From positions 14,022-78,021 of the forward strand of contig NC_087392.1 in the NCBI RefSeq assembly GCF_963675165.1: a DNA stretch of 64,000 bases, read 5' to 3'. The notes under the pieces were generated by a model. It did no database searches and had not been told where the DNA came from. It saw only the letters and a program-made list of their open reading frames with translations. A program made the translations under genes and the position numbers. The stretch comes from Halichondria panicea. Taxonomy: Eukaryota. Shown here piece after piece: positions 40,631-53,854 of this stretch. Numbering within the stretch: the stretch's first letter is position 1; every line of letters begins with the position of its first letter.

Positions 40631-42640
40631 ATGTCAAATATTCTGAAAGCTTAGAAAGAGAGCTTTCAAATGATATGTTTCAATCCAAAACTTCTTTGGA
40701 GTCTAAATTTGACATTTTCGGCCTCGGACCATGGGCTATAATAATCCATGGTATCGCCAAATTGGCAAATACTTTTATCTCTCAAATACGAAGTTTGATG
40801 ACACCATTTGAAAGGTATTTTTCTGAGCTTTCAAAAAATCCTTAAAATTTTTGACATTGGATCCACAGAATTCAAGTTATATATAGCAGCTGAAAGAGAC
40901 CCCAAACCATTAATTAAAATTAATCATGCAGGGGAACATCTTTCAACAGCCATTAACTTGAGTACCGTTCATCCAATGTCCAAATCAAGTAATGGCAGCT
41001 GAAAGATTCGCCCACACTACCGGCACACTACGGCACACTACACTACACACACTACTGGCACATTACGGCAAATTACAGTCACACTACCGTCACACTGATG
41101 ATACCATATGAAAGCTCTCTTTCTAAGCTTTCAGAAAAACATAAAATGTTTGGTTTTAGATCCACAGAATTCAAGTTATGGCAGCTGAAAGATTCGCCCA
41201 CACTACCGCCACACTACAGCACACTACACTACACACACTACCGGCACATTACGGCACATTACAGTCACACTAACGTCACACTGATGATATCATATGAAAG
41301 ATCTCTTTCTAAGCTTTCAGAAAATCAGAACATTTTTGACAATGGATCCACAAAATTCAAGTAATATATAGCAGCTGAAAGAGTCCCCGAACCAAATTGT
41401 GGAGGGGGAACATCTTTCAACAGCCATTAACTTGAGTACCGTTCATCCAATGTCCAAAATATTCTAATTTTCTGAAAGCTTAGAAAGAGACCTTTCAAAT
41501 GATGTGTTTCAATCCAAAACTTCTTTGGAGCCTAAATTTGACATTTTTCGGCCTCGGACCATGGGCTATAATCCATGGTATCACCAAATTGGCAAATACT
41601 TTTATCTCTCAAATACAAAGTTTGATGACATTATTTGAAAGGTCTTTTTCTGAGCTTTCAGAAAATCAGAAAATTTTTGACATTGGATCCACAGAATTCA
41701 AGTTATATATAGCAGCTGAAAGAGTCCCCGAACCATTGATTAAATTGTGGAGGGGGAACATTTTTCAACAGCCATTAACTTGAGTACCGTTCATCCAATG
41801 TCCAAAATATTCTAATTTTCTGAAAGCTTAGAAAGAGACCTTTCAAATGATGTGTTTCAATCCAAAACTTCTTCGGAGCCTAAATTTGACATTTTTTGGC
41901 CTCGGACCATGGGCTATAATCCATGGTATCGCCAAATTGGCAAATACTTTTATCTCTCAAATACGAAGTTTGATGACATCATTTGAAAGGTCTTTTTCTG
42001 AGCTTTCAGAAAATCAGAAAATTTTTGACATTGGATCCACAGAATTCAAGTTATATATAGCAGCTGAAAGAGTCCCCGAACCATTGATTAAATTGTGGAG
42101 GGGGAACATTTTTCAACAGCCATTAACTTGAGTACCGTTCATCCAATGTCCAAAATATTCTAATTTTCTGAAAGCTTAGAAAGAGACCTTTCAAATGATG
42201 TGTTTCAATCCAAAACTTCTTCGGAGCCTAAATTTAACATTTTTCGGCCTCGGACCATGGGCTATAATCCATGGTATCGCCAAATTGGCAAATACTTTTA
42301 TCTCTCAAATACGAAGTTTGATGACATCATTTGAAAGGTCTTTTTCTGAGCTTTCAGAAAATCAGAAAATTTTTGACATTGGATCCACAGAATTCAAGTT
42401 ATAGCAGCCCGAACCATTGTGGAGGGGGAACATCTTTCAACAGCCATTAACTTGAGTACCGTTCATCCAATGTCCAAAATATTCTAATTTTCTGAAAGCT
42501 TAGAAAGAGACCTTTCAAATGATGTGTTTCAATCCAAAACTTCTTCGGAGCCTAAATTTGACATTTTTCGGCCTCGGACCATGGGCAATCCATGGTATCG
42601 CCAAATTGGCAAATACTTTTATCTCTCAAATACGAAGTCT
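40600..42640 (+). repeat. tandem array (~6 units, 348-bp period) of the repeat family that also occurs dispersed
   Basis: Repeated ORF starts at 41499, 41847, 42195 (and ~42540) are exactly 348 bp apart. Units are >95% identical. The early units (40640-41400) are variants carrying a cacactaccggcacactacggcacactacactacacacactac insertion. The dispersed copies lie at 14667-15400, 32940-33480, 47905-48000, 50740-51010, 51590-51680 and 59960-60370. Confidence 0.85.
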
Positions 42641-42879
42641 TGTAGCTAACAAAAAGCTAGCGCTTTAGTGCAAGGCTAACTCATATGTTGAATACAAAGT
42701 TTGTGCGAACAGATGATGCTATGAAAGATTCTGAAGAGACTGCAACAGCCTTCAATGTGAGTCAAACTAGCCATAACTCGAGAAAGAAGCTTTAGTTTGC
42801 TAATCCACGAATCAAAATCCAAGAGAACGTGGCTAGAAGCCTATAGAAGCTGTTAGTTTTCGTCGCATTGCAACCGTTG

Positions 42880-43165
42880 AGCAGTTACTGCTGGAATACA
42901 CACACACACAGACAGACAGACACGTATCCCTCCTGCGGCTACGCCTCGAGGCATAATGCAGAAAAGTCCCCCAAGAGGGAATCGAACCCACGCCTTATCT
43001 ATCATATGATCTACGAAGCCACCACTCTAAAACCACTAAGCCACGCTCCCAGAGATCTTATACAGATACAGGTTTAGGGTTATAAGGCTACATGTAATAA
43101 AATATTATTGTGGTTTTGCTGTTAGGCAATTCTTTGTTGCAAATGCACTGCAATCCACTGTATCA
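42880..43165. mobile_element. tRNA-derived SINE-like element (same family as 15690-15915)
   Basis: A (ca)n(gaca)n leader is followed by the tRNA-like module gggaatcgaacccacgccttatctatcatatgatctacgaagccaccactctaaaaccactaagcc, a spacer and the 3' box ttctttgttgcaaatgcactgcaatccactgta. Confidence 0.6.
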
Positions 43166-43745
43166 CACCATGCACCAGACTGACTCTGCTACCTCAACTC
43201 ACTGTTGGGTTTCAGCAATTAAAAATACTGCATCCATGAAACATTATTACAAACATCAATTTATAGGCTATGGATGAACAATTTGCTTGCTATATAATAA
43301 GTTAGTTAGTTATATATCGTGGTGTAGACTGCATGTGCTTGTGGAGGGGGTGGGCGACACTGAAGGGGGGAGGGGCACAAAGCGATACAGTTCCTCTCTG
43401 GTGACATAGCCTGCTAATGAGTGGGTGTAGCCTGCTGATGAGTGGGTGACTATAAGAGGGGGTGTCTGAGTGGTCTTGTCAGTGGAGGAGGGAGGAGGTT
43501 CTTTATCAGTCATACTAGTTAGTACAGGGAGCTTGTAGTGTGATAGGGAGGGTTGTGGTGGGAGGGGACACACTGAGAGCTGCTCACTTTGATCACCCTT
43601 GGACAGTACAGAAGTCAGACCTGCACATATGAAGTAAACAGTATAATTATAGTGTAATCTGATAACACAACACAGCCTGTGTTTACATATACCAATTCAA
43701 CACACACAATACACACAACTACGATACGGACACTATAGTATATAT

Positions 43746-46319
43746 TCACCATTGAGATACAGACACACTTATATATTCACCATAGGTGGATGAATTGCGC
43801 TGGTGAATGAGATGGATCCCTCCATTAGAGCAGATGCTATCTTGTCTTGGTCTACGATCATTCTCACTGCTCTGATACTCCTTCTTCATCTGGGAGAACA
43901 GGAAATACACCTTGGGGGCAAACAGACAGCACAGGGTGGTGGTGGCGCTCAGAGCTATCCCTAGGACAAGAGAACTTGTCTGAAAGATTGTACCTAGCTG
44001 CGAGGTGGCAAAATATGTAGGGATAAATGCCAGCCAGATAATGACAATGGTGTACAATGTGAGATTGATGAATTTGGCCTCATTGAAATTCTGAGGAACC
44101 TTGCGAGCTCGAAATGCAAAATATGTACTCAACAACAACAGAAATAGACTGTAACCAAATGATGCTGATATTCCAATATAGGGAGACTCGCCACATTTCA
44201 GCTCTGTACTGAAATCATTGTAGACCAATAGAATGCTTGGCGGTTCCACTACCAACCAGATCACAGCAATGACTACCTGTACAGCAATGAGCAGTAGTGT
44301 TAGTGCCACCTGGCTCTGTGGACTAATGAGGGAGGGGGTGCTAACTGAACCAGGTCTACGGTTGAATATACGATGAATACGATTAGTCTTAATCAACAGT
44401 GCACTATAGCAAAGAGTGAAACAGAAACCAAGCCCAAACCTTCGAATACCACACACAACAGCAGAGGGTCGAATAATGAAAGCAAAGGGAAGCAAATAAC
44501 ACAACAATAACCCAGTCAACAGGAAAGCACTCAACTCGCGACTAGAGCCCTTGACAATCTGATGCTTGTAGAACACAACAAAGATGATAATAACACTCAC
44601 TGTTAGTGCAATCCCAACAATAGCAACAACCATGATGATAATAGACCATGCATGAGACCATGTCAGGAAGGTGAGGGGTATGAGCTCACACTGGGTCATG
44701 TTCGTATTAGGGGCATAACCTTGTTCACATTCTCTACACTTCTCGCCAGTACTCACGTGCCTGTTGCCAAGACAACGCTTACAGATCCAACAACAAGCAG
44801 CTTGATCTGATACCCTCTCTGGATACTGCCCGCCCCCACACTTGACACTACACACTGACTCTGGCATGTCTCCATCAATCCACTCCACATCACTGTGTAG
44901 AGACAGCATTGCATTAGAGGCAGTCCACACACCCACCTGTCTGAACCTATGCTGCCCACTCTCCAACTGAAGGTTCTTAATGATGAAGCTGCCTTGTTCA
45001 TCTCCACTGGCATCAAATGAAATCTCTCGTGCAGAAGCTCCTGGTGAGAATGAAACATTGTGTAAATACGTTTGTAATAGTTCTCCATTCACTGCATTAG
45101 TCCGAGGGTCAGTCATATCACGACATAAACCATGGCCACCGGGACACAAGGCTCTCTGCATGTCAGTCATAGCATGGGCAAAAGCATACACAGCATCAAT
45201 AGCAAAGGGAACTTTACTGTTCTGACGATATTCATTGTTGACTGAGATCCTGTCATTGCCATCACACTCCCTCACACCTGCCACTGGTTGAAATGAGCAG
45301 TTGAACACATTCTCCCAATATTCGCTAAACCACGGATTGTCAGCATTGTTGAGAGGGGTCAGTCCAGTGAAGTAATCATCAAACTGTTGGCTGTGTTTGG
45401 CCTGAGGGAGAACAGCTAACATACCATGCGCCACAGGGTACAAGTGGGAGGGGATCTGGTCCCCCCAAGCATCACTGGCTATCCACGTTATGTTCTTGAG
45501 AGGTCCACTTCCTCTGCTCCTGTCTACAGCCTCCAGCACTTTCACAGCAGTGGCTAATTGTCCAAACAACACAGCCACAGATGCATTATTGACCCAGCTG
45601 CGTGACATGTCCAGCAACACCTCATCCAAGTCTTGACTAGTGGCCACCACTGGGACACTGATTTGAGTGGCTACACATGTCTCTGAACAGTTTCTACCCT
45701 CCAACGCTTTGAGCAATGCCTGAATTCCCACTGTACCATATACATCATCAGAGTGGAGGGCATACACATAGCTCCAGTTGAAGTGGTCAATCAGATCAGC
45801 CATGACTTGCGTCTGAAGAGAGTCAGGAGGTATCGTACGAAAGAAATAATCGAATCTAGTTCTGTCACTCAAAGTTTCTGCGGTGGAGGCATAACTGATT
45901 TGAGGGATCTTGAATAATCTGAGCAAACTAGCCACAGCAATAGAGACACTGCTTGAGGCTGCACCCACAACACCAGATATACCCAACACGCCGCGAGAGC
46001 TCACAAAGTGCAGGCTTTGTTCGAGGGCATAGTTAGACTGTGTGCAAGTGTCTCTAATCTCAAAGCTGAGTGTTATGCCAGGGAGAAGGGCTGTGTTGTT
46101 GTTGACCTTATCCACTGCTAATACCATTGCTTCAAGTCGTTGCAGTCCAAGGTCCAACACGTCACCACATTGGTTGTCCATGTTCTTGTGTACAGGGAAT
46201 AGAGCTCCTAAGATGACAATGTCTCCATGAGTAGGTAATGGTCCATTATAGACAGTGGCCCCAGCTAGGCACACAACACACACTAGTAACAAGGCAATCA
46301 TGATAGCTACTCTCCGCAT
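43746..46319 (-). CDS. class C (mGluR/CaSR-like) GPCR: signal peptide, Venus-flytrap ANF-receptor domain, cysteine-rich domain, 7TM; single exon
   Basis: 857-aa uninterrupted ORF. N-terminal signal MRRVAIMIALLLVCVVCLAGA. The VFT region reads ..GDIVILGALFPVH..SYASTAETLSDRTRFDYFFRTIPPDS... The cysteine-rich region reads CSVKCGGGQYPERVSDQAACCWICKRCLGNRHVSTGEKCRECEQGYAPNTNMTQCELIP. Seven hydrophobic segments follow, and the TM3 ..FGLGFCFTLCYSALLIKTNRIHRIF.. carries the class-C K/R-I-x-R-I-F signature. Confidence 0.85.
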   Translation of the reverse strand: MRRVAIMIALLLVCVVCLAGATVYNGPLPTHGDIVILGALFPVHKNMDNQCGDVLDLGLQRLEAMVLAVDKVNNNTALLPGITLSFEIRDTCTQSNYALEQSLHFVSSRGVLGISGVVGAASSSVSIAVASLLRLFKIPQISYASTAETLSDRTRFDYFFRTIPPDSLQTQVMADLIDHFNWSYVYALHSDDVYGTVGIQALLKALEGRNCSETCVATQISVPVVATSQDLDEVLLDMSRSWVNNASVAVLFGQLATAVKVLEAVDRSRGSGPLKNITWIASDAWGDQIPSHLYPVAHGMLAVLPQAKHSQQFDDYFTGLTPLNNADNPWFSEYWENVFNCSFQPVAGVRECDGNDRISVNNEYRQNSKVPFAIDAVYAFAHAMTDMQRALCPGGHGLCRDMTDPRTNAVNGELLQTYLHNVSFSPGASAREISFDASGDEQGSFIIKNLQLESGQHRFRQVGVWTASNAMLSLHSDVEWIDGDMPESVCSVKCGGGQYPERVSDQAACCWICKRCLGNRHVSTGEKCRECEQGYAPNTNMTQCELIPLTFLTWSHAWSIIIMVVAIVGIALTVSVIIIFVVFYKHQIVKGSSRELSAFLLTGLLLCYLLPFAFIIRPSAVVCGIRRFGLGFCFTLCYSALLIKTNRIHRIFNRRPGSVSTPSLISPQSQVALTLLLIAVQVVIAVIWLVVEPPSILLVYNDFSTELKCGESPYIGISASFGYSLFLLLLSTYFAFRARKVPQNFNEAKFINLTLYTIVIIWLAFIPTYFATSQLGTIFQTSSLVLGIALSATTTLCCLFAPKVYFLFSQMKKEYQSSENDRRPRQDSICSNGGIHLIHQRNSSTYGEYISVSVSQW

Positions 46320-46946
46320 GCAGCCCTACACTATGTGGGGGTCATGCATCCCTATACACTATGTTCAGGGGGGTCTATTATAGGATGCAATATCACACCT
46401 GCATATCACACTAACTATCAGCTATGGCTGACACCACACGGTGCTAATAATAGGAATCCAATCACAGGTAACCATGACCACTATATACCATTAAAAAAAT
46501 TTTGCTTATAATTATTATCATTCCTATTATTCTCCATTGAAAAGCCAACATAACCATGAACCATAAACAGATCTAAATGACATTGCAGCCATATAACTGA
46601 AACTAAACAACTGACTTACATCAGAATAATGATATTATTGACCTCTATATGACCTTTTAAACCTCTGACTCTACCTATTTTTTCAGCCTCACCTATTATT
46701 CTCAAAATTATTCTAGAATAATTGGGACAGCCCTAAGTAGTACAGGCCAGAGTAGGCACAATGCTCAGCCCTAAGTAGTACAGGCCAGAGTAGGCACAAT
46801 GCTCATGCAATACCACAACTATGTGTACTGTACATATATATATATACGTCGTCATGTATGTATCTTATGGAATGTTAACAATCAATTATTATTGTAAAAT
46901 TATTTTGCACAAAGGTGTAAATGGGATGAGTGCTATACGCTGATAA

Positions 46947-49111
46947 ATAAAGCTAATCTACCTGCTGTTGACATTGTCCCAGTGTGCATGAGGTCTAGAA
47001 GAGCTGAGTGCTGTGACAGTTATATACTCATCAGGATTGTCACGAGCAGAATACAACTCCTCCAGTTCTGAGATAGCTCTCTCTTCAATCTGTATCACTT
47101 TGAGTGGTTTCCTCACCGTCAGTCTGCAATGGACAAACTACTACATGTATGTGTAGCTATGAATTATTTGCGTGGGCCCAAAAGATTTAAGCAGGCCATT
47201 CAATAGAGCAAAAGAAAGAGCAACAAAATACATGCATCACTTTTGAAATCAAACCATCCATCAAGGCCATTGTTACATGACCATCCATCAAGGCCATTGT
47301 TGCATGACCATCCATCAAGGCCATTGTTACATGACCATCCATCAAGGCCATTGTTACATGACCATCCATCAAGGCCATTGTTACATGACCATCCATCAAG
47401 GCCATTGTTGCATGACCATCCATCAAGGCCATTGTTGCATGTAACTGGTGCATTGACACACGTCACGTGTTGATGGGTGTAGTTGATACTTATGACTATG
47501 GGATGCACTCTATCTACTGACCTTTGCTACCCCACTCACTGACCTTTGCTGGTCTTGTTCCATCTTTTGAGAGTGAACAACAGAGGAAAATGAAACTTGC
47601 TGATGCTGCACTTTGACTGGTGGTAGCTGTTCACCTCCTCTGATCTGCTGTTGTGGTACTACACACTGGGCCTGTCTCTGAGCAGCAGTCTCGGCCTGTC
47701 TCCTCTGAGCAGCAGTCTCTGCCTCTGCCATGAGTTGTCTCAGGGACACACGTGGAGGAGGGGAACTATTGCAACTCCTACACATTAGGAGGGAGGGCAA
47801 TCTAACAACATGACATTAGCTCAATCAAAGAGCTTCTAGAGTTGCCTTTGTGTAACTAGAGTTTTGGTGGTGTGGTAGTCTGTCACTCACTGGGTCACCA
47901 TGGCCCATGGTATATATAGAGTTTTGATTTTAACAAGCTTTCAGAAAATCATAAAATTAACGATATTGGATCAACGGAACTAAAGTTATGGCCGTTGAAA
48001 ATGCTCTATTTTGATAGTACAATTGGCTCAGTAGTTACTACACACACACAACGTAAGGTACCATGGGTTGACGGGGGAGTGGGCATGTGGAGGGGGGAGG
48101 GGACTGTCCCCTTGAGATATGAGCACACTTGAAGACTTCTGTTTCGTCACCTCCTGTATAGGGACATCATGACAACGTGGTAACCATGGAAATGCGCTTA
48201 CCTGTTGTGTGTGTTCCTCCTCTCTTGCCATGATCTCCCGGAGACTCTTACTACTGCTGAGTCAGCAATATTCAACACCATACCATACATATAATATTAT
48301 AGTACTCACTTCGATGAGAGGGGTTCCCCCCACACTGCCGCCCCCTCCACTGATGAGAGGGGCTTTCCCCACACTTCCGCCCCCTCAACTGATGGACTCT
48401 CATTGAACCTCCAGGCTAGTCTAGTGCGAACACCTCGCTCCTTCAACACACACTTCCTAGACTTCTGATTGGACGATTGTGGAGTATTGTTGGCCTTCTG
48501 ATTGGACGATTGTGGAGTACCGTTGGCCTTAATCTGATTGGACGATTGTGGGGTAGTTTTGGCACTTTGATTGGATGCTATTGGAGTTGTCTGACTGGCC
48601 GCTTGAGGAGGGGGTGTGGCCAGGTGTAAAGGAGGGGGTGTGGTCAGGTGTGGAGGAGGGGGTGTGGCCAAGTGTGGAGGTGGGGACTCCACTCTCTTGT
48701 TCTCACTCTGACTGCCCTTACGTCGTCTCTTCTTACGACCTCCTGAGCTCCGAGGCTCACTGATTGGTCCCCTGTGATGAGGGGTGTGGTTAAGGGGCGC
48801 AGTCATAATATAGGGGGACTCACTGTTCCTTGGGTTCTTCATTGACCTTTGACCCATCGTCCTCCAGGAAGTAGCTATCTGGGAGGCTATCCAATGGTGG
48901 CTCTGTATAACCAGCGTCCCTGTGTGTACAGTATAACACACACACAAGTGCTCACCTGATAACTTGATAGCTCTCTTGGTTACACATGGAGCCTGTGTGA
49001 GGGAATGAGCAGTAGCTTACAATATGATCACTAACCATGCTCTGATAAGCAGAGGAGAGGGCGTCCAGTAAAGTGTGATCCAACCCATCCAATAGTCTGG
49101 GGGGGGCACAT

Positions 49112-49184
<73 letters not shown>

Positions 49185-52100
49185 GTGCCTCCAGGAGAGC
49201 TGCTGCATTGACACAGATGAACTGAAGACAGGAGCTCTTGAGTTGAGAGGCAGAGTAGGTGTCTGCTATCTCCAGTAGCTCAGGAACATTCCTCAGGGTC
49301 ACTACACACACAGACAGTGGAGGGGGCGGTTGTGTGGGTGTGGCTTACGTGAGGAGGAGAGGGAGAGTTGACAGAGATCCTTCAGTCTGAAGAGGAGCAG
49401 TTGGTCTGCCACTATCAACACCCTCACCAGCCACTTCACACAATCATTATCTACACACACACTACAATGCATTATCAGGAGTGTCAATACTCACTCTCTA
49501 TTGATGGGCAAGTGTCAGAGTATATGAACTGCAGGATAGCTTTGAGTACCTCTTCCTCCACTGGTAACTGTAGACTCTCCACTCCATCACAAGACTACAC
49601 ACACACACACAGTGATGGAGACCACAAGAGAAGGAGACCTCACCTCACTCCAACCCATGAGCAACATACTCCTAAAGTAGTCTGAGCGAGCCACTAACAC
49701 ACAGCGGTGACACGGGTGGGTGGAGCCTTCCTCGCTCACCAGGACAAGGTCAGAGTACAAGGGGGAGGGACTAAGACGAGGTATATGACAGTGTAGTAGG
49801 TGAGGCTTGTTGAGAAGTCTACCACCACTCAGCAGTTCCTTAATACTGCAAGGAAGGAGTCAGAATACTCTGTGTGTGTGTGAAGTGTACCTTGTGTGTG
49901 AAGTGTACCTTGTGTGTGAAGTGTACCTTAATTGTGTGTGGAGCTAGTGTACCTTGTGCCTTGTGTGTGGAGTGTACCTTGTGTGTAAGTGCTCCAGGCC
50001 AAACTGACTGGCCAGAGTTAGTAGTGCCTTGAGGTCAGCTCTGGTGTCTACCAGCTGTAGCGTACATGCCACACCCCTCTCTGGCTGTAGTGGGGGTTTC
50101 CCCTTCTTCCTGGGCGTGCTCACACGAACAGGGGCCTGTGCACAAGAGAGAGAGACTAACACACACACACACAAACTGTATATGTCAGCTGACCTGTAGC
50201 TCGTCCATCATTGCTGACTTATGAGGTTGAGTGAAGGTATCGTAGAGATCAGTGAGGTCGTCTTCATTGAAGGAGGTGTCAGGAGTAGCCTCATCACTCA
50301 GAGCAGGGCTGGCTAGTGTAGGGGTGTCGAGTGGGACTAGTGTAGGGGGGTGTAGTTGGAGGTGACTACCATACAGATAGCGTAGGAAGGCCTTCACGAT
50401 GACTGTCTGATGACATGAGAGGGACAGGAGGTGATCACTGGCTACCAGGGAAGCTGCCTTGGAACTAACAGAGCCAACAATGACGCGATGGCAACGAAAT
50501 ATCTGCCCTCCAGCCTAGGGACAAATGATGAGTCACCTCAGAAAAAATTGAGAGGGGGACCCACCTTGATCTCCAAGTCAGCCACAGAGTGGGAGAGAGT
50601 GTCGAGGAGCTCAACCAGGTCCTCCACCAGAGTGCCAGGGGATACTGTCGGCTGGTGTGGAGATCTGAGGGGACTCAGTTAATGCATGAGATCCACTAAT
50701 AGCCACACACACACACACACACGTTCGATATAAACAGCGTTATTAAAAAGAGCATCTTTTTCGTTCCGTTGGTTAATTTTATGATTTTCTGAAAGCTTAG
50801 AGAGAGGCATTTCAAATTATGTGTTAAAATCAAATTTTTGGCCTGTTTTTGACACAATACCATGGGCCAAATACCATGGTTTTTTTTCGAAAATAAGAAA
50901 TTATGGCCCATTTTAAATTTGTGATTTGAGCATATCATCTGATAGAGCTCCTTCTAAGCTTTCATAAAATCATAAAATCGTTGAATTTGGACCATCAGAA
51001 CTCTAGTTACAGAGCGGACTGGCTAGTACCTGTACAGTTCCTGTGTGAAGGTGAAGTTGTTGGACTTGAAGTCAGTGAAGATAGCTCTGGCATTGTGTAG
51101 TCCAGGCAATCTCTCAAGTGAGAGTGGTCCCTTAGAGAGTGCAGCCAGGCCACTCAACACCTCCCCCTGTCCTGGAGGTCACATGACATATAGCGGGTGA
51201 GGGGGCGGGGACTATAACTCACTGGATACTATAGAGAGATGACGACCAAGTGAGAACTGCAACACTACAGAGAGAGAGAGTGTGGTAGGGGACTAGTACA
51301 CACAACGTTACAGAGAGAGAGAGTGTGGTAGGGAACTAGTACACACAGTCAGTGTCTAGTTGGTAGGTACCTTTGAGTCTGGCCAGTCCGGGCAGGAGGA
51401 TGGGGGTGTGGCCTCGTACTGTAGGTAACCACACCCACAAGTCATGTGATGAATCCAATAACAACACTTTTGGTGCTTCTGTCTCCACCTTCCTTATATG
51501 GTCAAGATCATTCAGACTAGCACACACACTGAACTGTCGACAAGGTCTGCTCTCCAGAAACCCACACCTACACAATGGTTCCGTTGATCCAATAACGTTC
51601 ATTTTATGATTTTCTGAAAGCTTAGAGAGAGGCCTTTCAGATAATGTGTTAAAATTAAATTCAGAAAATCATTGAATTTGAATCAATTACTGTTGCAAGG
51701 TGAACCTTTTTGCAGTGGCCTTACTGGGAAACTTTTTTCATATTTTGAACGGCACTTTTGTGGCCATCACTTGAACTTTCTGGCACATTTCTTGTATAGG
51801 TGTTCTCACCGTATTGTCTTGATGGTGTATGCTGTACACACAAACACACGCCCTCTTCTAGTGAGCACAGCTGTAGCAGCATCACTAGCTGATAGTTGAG
51901 TGATGACATCATCACAGTCCAGGCCCACACCTGGTATCTGGTAGGGACTATAGTGTGATTAGAGTGACCCATTCCCACCACTCACAGCTCTGGGTGATAT
52001 CTGAGTATCATAGTTCCTCTCATAGCCCAGTTGGCCGTGGTTCTTGCCCATAGTGAACACCTCCGTGTGTGTAGCTAGCGCTGTGTGATAACGACCTGCC

Positions 52101-53493
52101 CCCACTAACATCACAGCCTTTGCTTTGAGTGACTTGATCTGCATGAAGTGAGCTACAATGGTGGGAGGGGGGAGGAGGGGGGATTGCTTACATGTTTAGG
52201 TAGCAGTGCTGATGATGGTGCAGTGGAGGGGTTGGATCCGAGGCCTAACTGATGAGCATCATTCAAACCACACGTGTACACAGACCCACTGCTCAGGGGG
52301 GGGTCTCAATAATAGCAGCCACTGATTGTAAGGCTCACCTTTTGGTTAGGATGACAGTATGGTTCCTAGCTGCAGCCACACCCACAGCCACACCCTCTAC
52401 AGTCCTCACAACACACGGAGTCTGCAACACAAGAGCCCCTCCATTTTTTTAGGTCAAAATTATAATTTCTATTTTAATACACACACACACAGAGCCTCAC
52501 CACTAGACTGTGCTCTGAGCCCCCCTCCCCACACATACACACACAGAGGCTCACCACTAGACTGTGCTCTGAGCCCCCCCCCCCCACACACACACACAGA
52601 GGCTCACCACTAGACTTTGCTCTGAGCCATGTCCCAGACGTCCACCTAGACCATGACCACATGTCAGCACACGCCCACACTCACTCAGGAACACACTGTG
52701 GAACTTGCAGAGGACCACCTGCAGAGGAAGTGAGGGGGTGTATGGAGTGAGGGGGTGTATGAAGTGAGGGGTGTATGGAGTGAGGGGTGTATGGAGTGAG
52801 GGGGTGCATGGAGTGAGGGGGTGTATGGAGTGAGGGGGTGTATGAGGAGAGCTACCTGAGCAGGTGAGAGGTTGTCTGGTAGCTCCAGTCTCTGAGGTGT
52901 ACTGCCTGAGAGGTCATGGCCTAGTGTAGTGTTGGTATTACTGCCCCAACTGTGGCCACTCACACCACCCACACCTGAGGGAGGGGGTCAATAAGAGGGA
53001 GGGGGGGTCACACTAACTAACGTACTCAGAGAGCTACTGAAGGTCTCCCTGTCCATATTGAGAATGGTGAGTGGTGTAGCGTTGTCATGGTCCCTCTGAC
53101 GAAGGTCTCCTCCAGCCTACAGGGATATAGTACAGAGGTTATACCATCACCCCATACCTTGACCAGTAGTGCTGCTGTCCCTAGCTGGCCATAATAAACA
53201 CTCCTGTGTAGAGCAGTCCATCGTGACTCCAGATCAGAGGTGTGTAGTTGAACCTTGTTATCCAGTAGCCATTGCACTAGTTGCAGATGACCCTTGGAGG
53301 CAGCCACATGGAGAGCAGTGCGACCGAGACTGTCTCTAATGTGCAGGTAGTTGCCACATAAGCAGCTGCAATGTTGGAGCAGCTTCAAGTTCCCCAGATA
53401 AGCCACTCCTAGGACTAGAGAAGCATGCGCCTCATAGGAACAATCTCGTGTGCAGTCCACACATACACTGCTCAGTCTAGAGCGCCTCGACAT
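46947..53493 (-). CDS. IBTK: inhibitor of Bruton tyrosine kinase (IBTK)-like: ankyrin repeats + RCC1 repeats + two BTB domains, multi-exon
   Basis: N-terminal exon 53026-53493: ..GRTALHVAASKGHLQLVQWLLDNKVQLHTSDLESRWTALHRSVYYGQLGTAALLVK (ANK). RCC1-type exons (..HSWGSNTNTTLGHDLSGSTPQRLELP..; ..AVMLVGAGRYHTALATHTEVFTMGKNHGQLGYER..). BTB exons (..IVKAFLRYLYGSHLQL..; ..ALLTLASQFGLEHL..; WLVRVLIVADQLLLFRLKDLCQ; VTLRNVPELLEIADTYSASQLKSSCLQFICVNAAALLEAR). An S/P-rich linker exon 48306-48947 and terminal exons end near 46947. Introns hold a (CA)n run at 49110-49180, a 30-bp x7 repeat at 47240-47455 and copies of the 348-bp family. Confidence 0.75.
47240..47455. repeat. 30-bp tandem repeat x7 (catgaccatccatcaaggccattgtt(a/g)) in an IBTK intron
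   Basis: Direct reading. It produces the MALMDGH.. / DHPSRPLLH.. pseudo-ORFs. Confidence 0.9.
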
Positions 53494-53854
53494 GACACCA
53501 CTAGCTCACTCCATCATCTAGGGGGACAGAATGGCTGTTTATAGGGCTAGGGTATGTGGACTAGTAGATATAGCGGTTTATAGTATATAGCATGTATAGT
53601 GTGTGGGTGGCTGATTGCATACTAGCTGGACTGGTGTCTCTAACTCACCTACAGTAGTACACAGTAGTCATCAGTTGCAGTGGAAGGGACGGTGTATAGG
53701 GAGACACAAGTACCTGAGAAAATACTCATTTAAAACTCATTCACACCACACCCCTCAATATTTCTAGCGGCGTATAATCGAGGCTGCACAGCGCTGAAAC
53801 AACGCATGCGCAGTATACTAACGGCTTCCTAAGGCAAAAACCGTAAACTTTAGG

